Assembly: GCF_001194135.2 (NCBI RefSeq)
Contig: NC_068993.1
Coordinates: forward strand, 17,372,606 to 17,412,381
Source: Octopus bimaculoides
Taxonomy: Eukaryota
Direction of reading: 5' to 3'
Length of the DNA stretch: 39,776 nucleotides
The notes under the pieces were generated by a model. It was not told where the DNA came from, did no database searches, and worked only from the letters and a program-made list of their open reading frames with translations. The translations under genes were made by a program, and so were the position numbers. This document shows, piece by piece, positions 34,522 through 39,776 of this stretch (positions are counted from its first letter, which is position 1; each line of letters opens with the position of its first letter).

Positions 34522-35414
34522 AAGAGAAGTGTGGACATGATTAATATAACTGTATGCCAGACCAAATGCTTTACAATATTTAATTTTGTCCTCCACAATA
34601 ATGAGTTCAATACTAGCTTGGGCTTGCTTTGCCTTTAATCTCCTCTCAGAGAATATTGTTAAGGCATGGCTGTGTAGGCACAAGCATTCATGTGTGGTGA
34701 GGAAGCTTGCTTCTCAACCACGTTGTTTTGAGTTCAGTCCCAGTGTATGGCACCTTGGGAAAGTGTCTTCTGCTCTGGTCTCAGGCTGACTGAAGCCTTG
34801 TTGAATTTAGATTGAATTTAGTTGGTGGAAGTTCCCATCGTCTGTGTACATGTGTGTGCAAGTGCTCATGCCTCCTAATAGAGGAGGGAATTAAGCTTTG
34901 AAGTTAAATAATTTGATTCTATTTCCTTACAAAAATTAGTCATGTGCTTAAGAAAAAGAAAAAAAAAAAGAAGTAATTTAAACTTCTGTATAATTCTTGT
35001 GCAGAATATGCTATTACATGGTAGGGAAGTGGAAGCAGAGCAGTTTAGTAATATAGGGAGGAACATAATTATTATCTCTGAATATACAGTATAAATCTGA
35101 GAGTATATTGGGTTTCAAGTAGGCTAAGGAAATATCTGCACAATCGTATGATATGAACATAGGATGTGAACTGAAGTGGAAAATACCATGCATTCTAGTG
35201 AAAAGATAGATGCAGAAAACCTGGGATTGAAGTTCTCAACTTATTTAAAAGAGTTGGTTTGTAAATGAAAGTATATCAAGGACAAATAGAGATAAATATG
35301 TGAAGCAATATTTTACGTTCATTCAAACCCAGATAAAACTAAATGGAAATAAATGGATGTTGATCAAGCATGGTTTTTCTCTTGATGAAATTTTTGATTT
35401 TGTTATTAAAATGT

Positions 35415-35650
35415 AAAATACACCATTTCGAGCGTGGCCGTCGCCAGTACCGCCTGACTGGCCTTCGTGCCGATGGCACGTAAAAGCACCCACTACACTC
35501 TCGGAGTGGTTGGCGTTAGGAAGGGCATCTAGCTGTAGAAACTCTGCCAAATCAGATTGGAGCCTGGTGTCGCCTTCTGGTCCACCAGTCCTCAGTCAAA
35601 TCGTCCAACCCATGCTAACATGGAAAGCGGGCGTTAAACGACGATGATGT
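35415..35650 (+). mobile_element. RTE 3' UTR fragment, CpG-retaining (young); an inverted copy follows at about 35710-35940
   Basis: Near reverse complement of 9720-9900. Confidence 0.85.
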
Positions 35651-36180
35651 TATTAAGATATTGTGTTTTCAATAATTTCGTTTATAGATTTTCATCATCA
35701 TTGTTGACATCATCATCATCATTTAAAAAAGATATATTAGTGACATCAATTTAAAGTCCATGATCCATACTGGCATGGGTTGGATGGTTTGATGGTATCT
35801 GATGGGCATTGTGTTCTAGTGTTAGCTCTGTCATAGTTTCTACAGATGGGTCCCCTTCTTAATGCCAACCATTTTACAACGTGTATTAGATGATTTATTT
35901 CATGCCACCAGCACTAGTGAGGTCGCCATGCAACTTGCAAGAGGGGTGGGGGTGGGGCAACTTTATCATCAGAGAATGTGGAGTAGAGAAGGGTAAAAAA
36001 ATGAGAGAAAGGGGTCAGAGCAGAACAAGTCTCTTGCTGTATGGGAGCCACATGACTATTCACATTTTAAAAGAAAGGCTGGGGTGGAGTGGAGGTGATA
36101 GGTTGGATTTAAGGAATAATTATATTTTTCAAATGAAATATTTATAACCTTCAGTCACTTTTCTAAGCACTTGTCTAAAC

Positions 36181-36475
36181 CAGGGGTTTTCAAACTGTGG
36201 TCCGCGGACCACAGGGGGTCCACAAGGACAAGACAGGGGTCCGTAGACAGCAAATACTTTTTATCAGAAATTTGATTTTATATATGTTTTTTAATTGAAA
36301 TCTTTTAATTGACAATAAACCTATTTGTTAAATACTGTTAAATAAATAAATGTAAAAATATATGTTATTTTAAGCAAATATTTATGTATAAATTTCATAA
36401 GCGTTTATAAGGGGTCCCTAAGGTAAAGCCTGAAATATAAAGGGGTCCGCAAGTCAAAAAGTTTGAAAACCCCTG
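36181..36475. mobile_element. Intact hAT (Charlie-like) MITE, 295 bp
   Basis: Perfect 16-bp TIR CAGGGGTTTTCAAACT, perfect 8-bp TSD GTCTAAAC (36173-36180, 36476-36483), subterminal GGGGTCC repeats. Confidence 0.95.
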
Positions 36476-36581
36476 GTCTAAACTACTATGAAATAGGGAG
36501 AAAAATCATAGGAAATAATGTGCCTGGAATGAATTTAGCAATAAGTTTTGTGGTGGATATTAAACCTGAGTTTAATGTAGT

Positions 36582-36985
36582 TAGGCACAGGTGTGGCTGT
36601 GTGGTCGAGAAGTTTGCTTCCCAATCACATGGTTCTGAGTTACGTTTCTACTATGTGGTATGTTGAGCAAGTGCTGCCTTCTCAGGTTGACCAACTGAAA
36701 GAAGCCAGGTGTTTGTGTGTGTGTGTATAAGTGTGTGTTTATTTGTTTCTCTCTCTCTTGACATTGCTTAATAGTTGCAAATGTGTGTCACTGTCTTACA
36801 AGCAGCGTCATTCATTTTAAATGTTCTGTGAGAACATGTGTAGTCATGGAAAAATATTACTTTGCTTGGAAACAGGTAAAGGGTCAGTGACAGGAAGAGC
36901 GCCCGACTGTAGCATATCTACTCTGATAAACTTTGTCTGACCCATGCAAGCATGGAAGAATAAACCTTAAAAGGATGATGTTGAT
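36582..36985 (+). mobile_element. SINE family B copy
   Basis: taggcacaggtgtggctgtgtgg head through ccatgcaagcatgga...gatgatg tail. Confidence 0.8.
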
Positions 36986-37061
36986 ATATATGCGAGTTTT
37001 TAAATTTTGACTGAAAAATAAAAATAAATGATTAATGTATGCATAATTTATGTTCTGAATA

Positions 37062-37273
37062 AAGGCAGTGAGCTGGCAGAATCATTAGCACACTGGGCAA
37101 AAGCTAAGTGGTATTTCATCCACCTGCATGTTTTGAGTTCAAATTCTGCCAAGGACGACTTTGCTTTTGATTCTTTCAGGGTCAATAAAATAAGTACCAG
37201 TTGAGTACTGGGGTCAATGTAATCAACATACTCCCACCCTTGAAATCAGTTGCCTTGTGTCAAAATTTGAAAC
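37062..37273 (+). mobile_element. SINE family D with degenerate ~16-bp TSD, ending about 45 nt upstream of the third STIL exon
   Basis: Flanks aatttatgttctgaat / aattaatgttctgagt. Confidence 0.85.
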
Positions 37274-37321
37274 CAATTAATGTTCTGAGTTTTAAATTAA
37301 ATTAATTTTATTTATTTTTAG

Positions 37322-37413
37322 ATGGCTCGAAGTTTTCAATCCTTGTGGATCCACTGGACGTCTCTAATCTTACTTCAGAGAGGAATGAGAAATCTTTACA
37401 AATATCTGTCCTG
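37322..37413 (+). CDS. STIL: STIL-like gene, third coding exon (D-GSKFSILVDPLDVSNLTSERNEKSLQISVL)
   Basis: Acceptor tttatttttag| and donor CTG|gtaaat; 92 nt, phase 1 in and phase 0 out, frame stays open. VDPLD matches the recalled STIL VDRFD motif. Confidence 0.72.
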
Positions 37414-37946
37414 GTAAATATAGTTTATAGTTTTGTCTTTTATGCTTACTAATTTGTTTTATAACAAGTTTAATTAAATCTCTATTGCTTTCTCCCTGTC
37501 CCTTTCAGTTCCTATTTAAACTAAGTAACAGATAGAAGTCAATTATTCAGAGTTGTATGTTAATTGGGAATGACAAAAATGAAATTAAAGTTGATGACTG
37601 TGTTTATTAAGAATTAAAAAAAAAAATTTTTTTACACTTTATTGTAACCTGATATCAACGCTAATAAAGATTTACATACGTTAACATAAGCATCTTGTCA
37701 TTAGCTATTAACTTGAATTGAGCTTTCGCTCTTGTCTCTTCTTGTTCAGACCTACATTATGGTGACAGCCAGTCAAATGATTAAGAACAATTAATTAAAC
37801 CTTTGTGTCAAAATGGCCAAGAAGAAAGTGAGGTCACCAGGATGTATTCAACTACCACTGTTACACAAAGTCAACATGTTGTCCGACTAGATATTGTTGT
37901 TTTAACTTGCTCCTTCTCTCTTTACATTGAAACTGTATTACTAATT

Positions 37947-37993
<47 letters not shown>

Positions 37994-39074
37994 TATGAAC
38001 TTATTTATCATCATCATCATTCGTATTATTATCATTTGATGTCTCTGTTTTCTTTTTCCATGCTGGTACTTGTATGAATTTGCTGTACAGCTTATTATTA
38101 ATCATCTTTATCATGTCTTGTTTCTTCTGTTGGACACAGTTTCCTGAGATCTGAGCTCACTACATCTTCCACTTATCTCAGTACCCCCTCTACCAACAAT
38201 ACACAGCACTCCTCAGCCATTCACATCACTTGTCTATACCAGTACAGTCTCTAGGTGATACCTTTAGTGCTTGACTGCTCTCTGAAACCATTTAGGATCT
38301 ACTTTTTATACTGTTTAACATCACATATCTAATGTTATTTTGTTTGCTATTTTTCACAATTATAGTATACCATCATATAGATATAGCAGTATGTCATTTA
38401 AACATAGCCTATTATTATCCTCACATAAAAGCAAGCCATTTATGATATTAAACAGCGTACAAGTTTACCTTATTGTGATTTGATGTCTCTTTTTCGATTA
38501 ACCATAATCTGTGGCATCTGCATATTTTGTATGACATCTGAAAAGCTTCTTGCCAAGACACAGGTCTGGGCAAGGTTTTATTTTATGAGCACTTGCTATT
38601 ACATGTGAGTCTACCCTCTACCTCTCCATGCTACTGATGTAATCCAAGAGAAAGGCAAGGGGTTGATGCAGCTTGGCACCAGTGTGGTTGTAGGTGTTTT
38701 TGTCAGAGCTCAAAGAATCGGAACAGATACTACAAGATCTTCCAGCCAATACTTCACCAATTCCTCTAATCCTCCTCCTTGGACTGTTTATTTATTTCTC
38801 AAGCCCTGAAAGAATGAGAGGCTCGAGTAGAGTCAAGCTCTCACTTTTGTGTATTGTTATTCTATGACTATGGTCATCAATACATCCTTCACTAGAGTAC
38901 AGTGCACACCCTCTCCAATCCTTGGTCCATTTCAATATATACACCTTTTTGTAACTTGGTGGGTATCAACACTATCTCGTCTTCACCATCTCCCCCCACC
39001 CCCTCTCTATCTGAAGCAGCCATGTTTCTTCTCTACTGCAATACACCTTTGTTTTGTTCCTCAATACTACTCCT

Positions 39075-39298
39075 CCCATCAGTTGAGGGGTGGGGTCTTT
39101 TCCTGCAAGTTACTTGGTGACCTCACTGGTACTGGTGCCACATAAAAAGCACCCAGTACACTCTATACAGTAGTTGGTGTTAGGAAACCATGTCAAAGCA
39201 GATAGCAGGGTTTGGTGCAGTCTTCTGACTTACCAGTTCCTGTTGAACCATTCAACCCATGCCAACATGAAAAATGGATGTTCAATGATGATGATGCC
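39075..39298 (+). mobile_element. RTE 3' tail fragment
   Basis: gccacataaaaagcacccagtacac...ccatgccaacatgaaaaatggatg...gatgatgatg. Confidence 0.8.
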
Positions 39299-39383
39299 GC
39301 CACTGTTGTTGTTGTTTCATCGGTATATAATATTAATGTTATTATTTATATAGTGATCTGTGTATCTTACTCCTTGCAAACAG

Positions 39384-39440
39384 ATCATGGAAAGACAAAT
39401 TGACTGTGGTATTCGTCTTGAGATAATATCTCTTATGGAT
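39384..39440 (+). CDS. Possible further STIL-like exon (IMERQIDCGIRLEIISLMD)
   Basis: Acceptor ttactccttgcaaacag|, phase 0, open frame; DCG resembles the recalled STIL SLDCGKLL. Donor gtatta is weak and the intervening STIL segment is missing. Confidence 0.22.
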
Positions 39441-39643
39441 GTATTATGTTAAATAACACAAACATATACCAGTATCAGATGAAAATATCCCACAGCTGTT
39501 ATGGCACCATGTCTGCTACTGATATATTTTTATGTTATTTAACACAATGTATCCATAATGGCTATTATCTCTAGATGAATACTGCAGTTAATTTGGCTTT
39601 CTAATGAAGTTCATACAATAATTGTTTATTCTTTTGTCATCTC

Positions 39644-39691
<48 letters not shown>

Positions 39692-39776
39692 GTATATATA
39701 TATATATATACAGAGAGAGAGATAGAGAGATGTGTCTTTAGTGGCATTAATTTGTATCCGAGTAGTTAATCTGTAG

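Noticed and set aside
35941-35960. G-quadruplex at GGGG-T-GGGGG-T-GGGG
   Set aside because: Only three long G runs.
785-39403. Most ORFs in the supplied track (ERERER, YIYIYI, poly-X and similar)
   Set aside because: They are translations of microsatellites, N gaps or SINE/LINE sequence, with no splice or homology support.

Overview
AT-rich eukaryotic genomic DNA with five N gaps, dominated by interspersed repeats and microsatellites. The repeat families (tRNA-head SINEs, RTE-type LINE ends, TTAA-flanked MITEs) are ones I recognise from memory as octopus-type, so this is probably Octopus or another coleoid. Three spliced + strand exons (28825-28923, 31136-31248, 37322-37413) join in frame into the N-terminus of a divergent STIL/SIL-like centriole protein. 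Two CpG-rich, promoter-like zones lie at about 4.0-6.0 kb and 13.5-16.2 kb, and there are weak candidate exons of an unidentified - strand transcript. The most striking structure is a 229-bp near-perfect palindrome (26905-27133) whose arms each carry a type I hammerhead-ribozyme-like core, one per strand, probably a Penelope/retrozyme-type repeat. Also present are a 1.2-kb RTE LINE fragment whose 3' tail is shared with a SINE family, an 81-bp element with a 9-bp TSD, an intact hAT MITE, mariner deletion derivatives and nested insertions. Most ORFs in the supplied track are microsatellite or repeat artefacts. All homology calls are from memory and need confirmation by search; many repeat boundaries are approximate.
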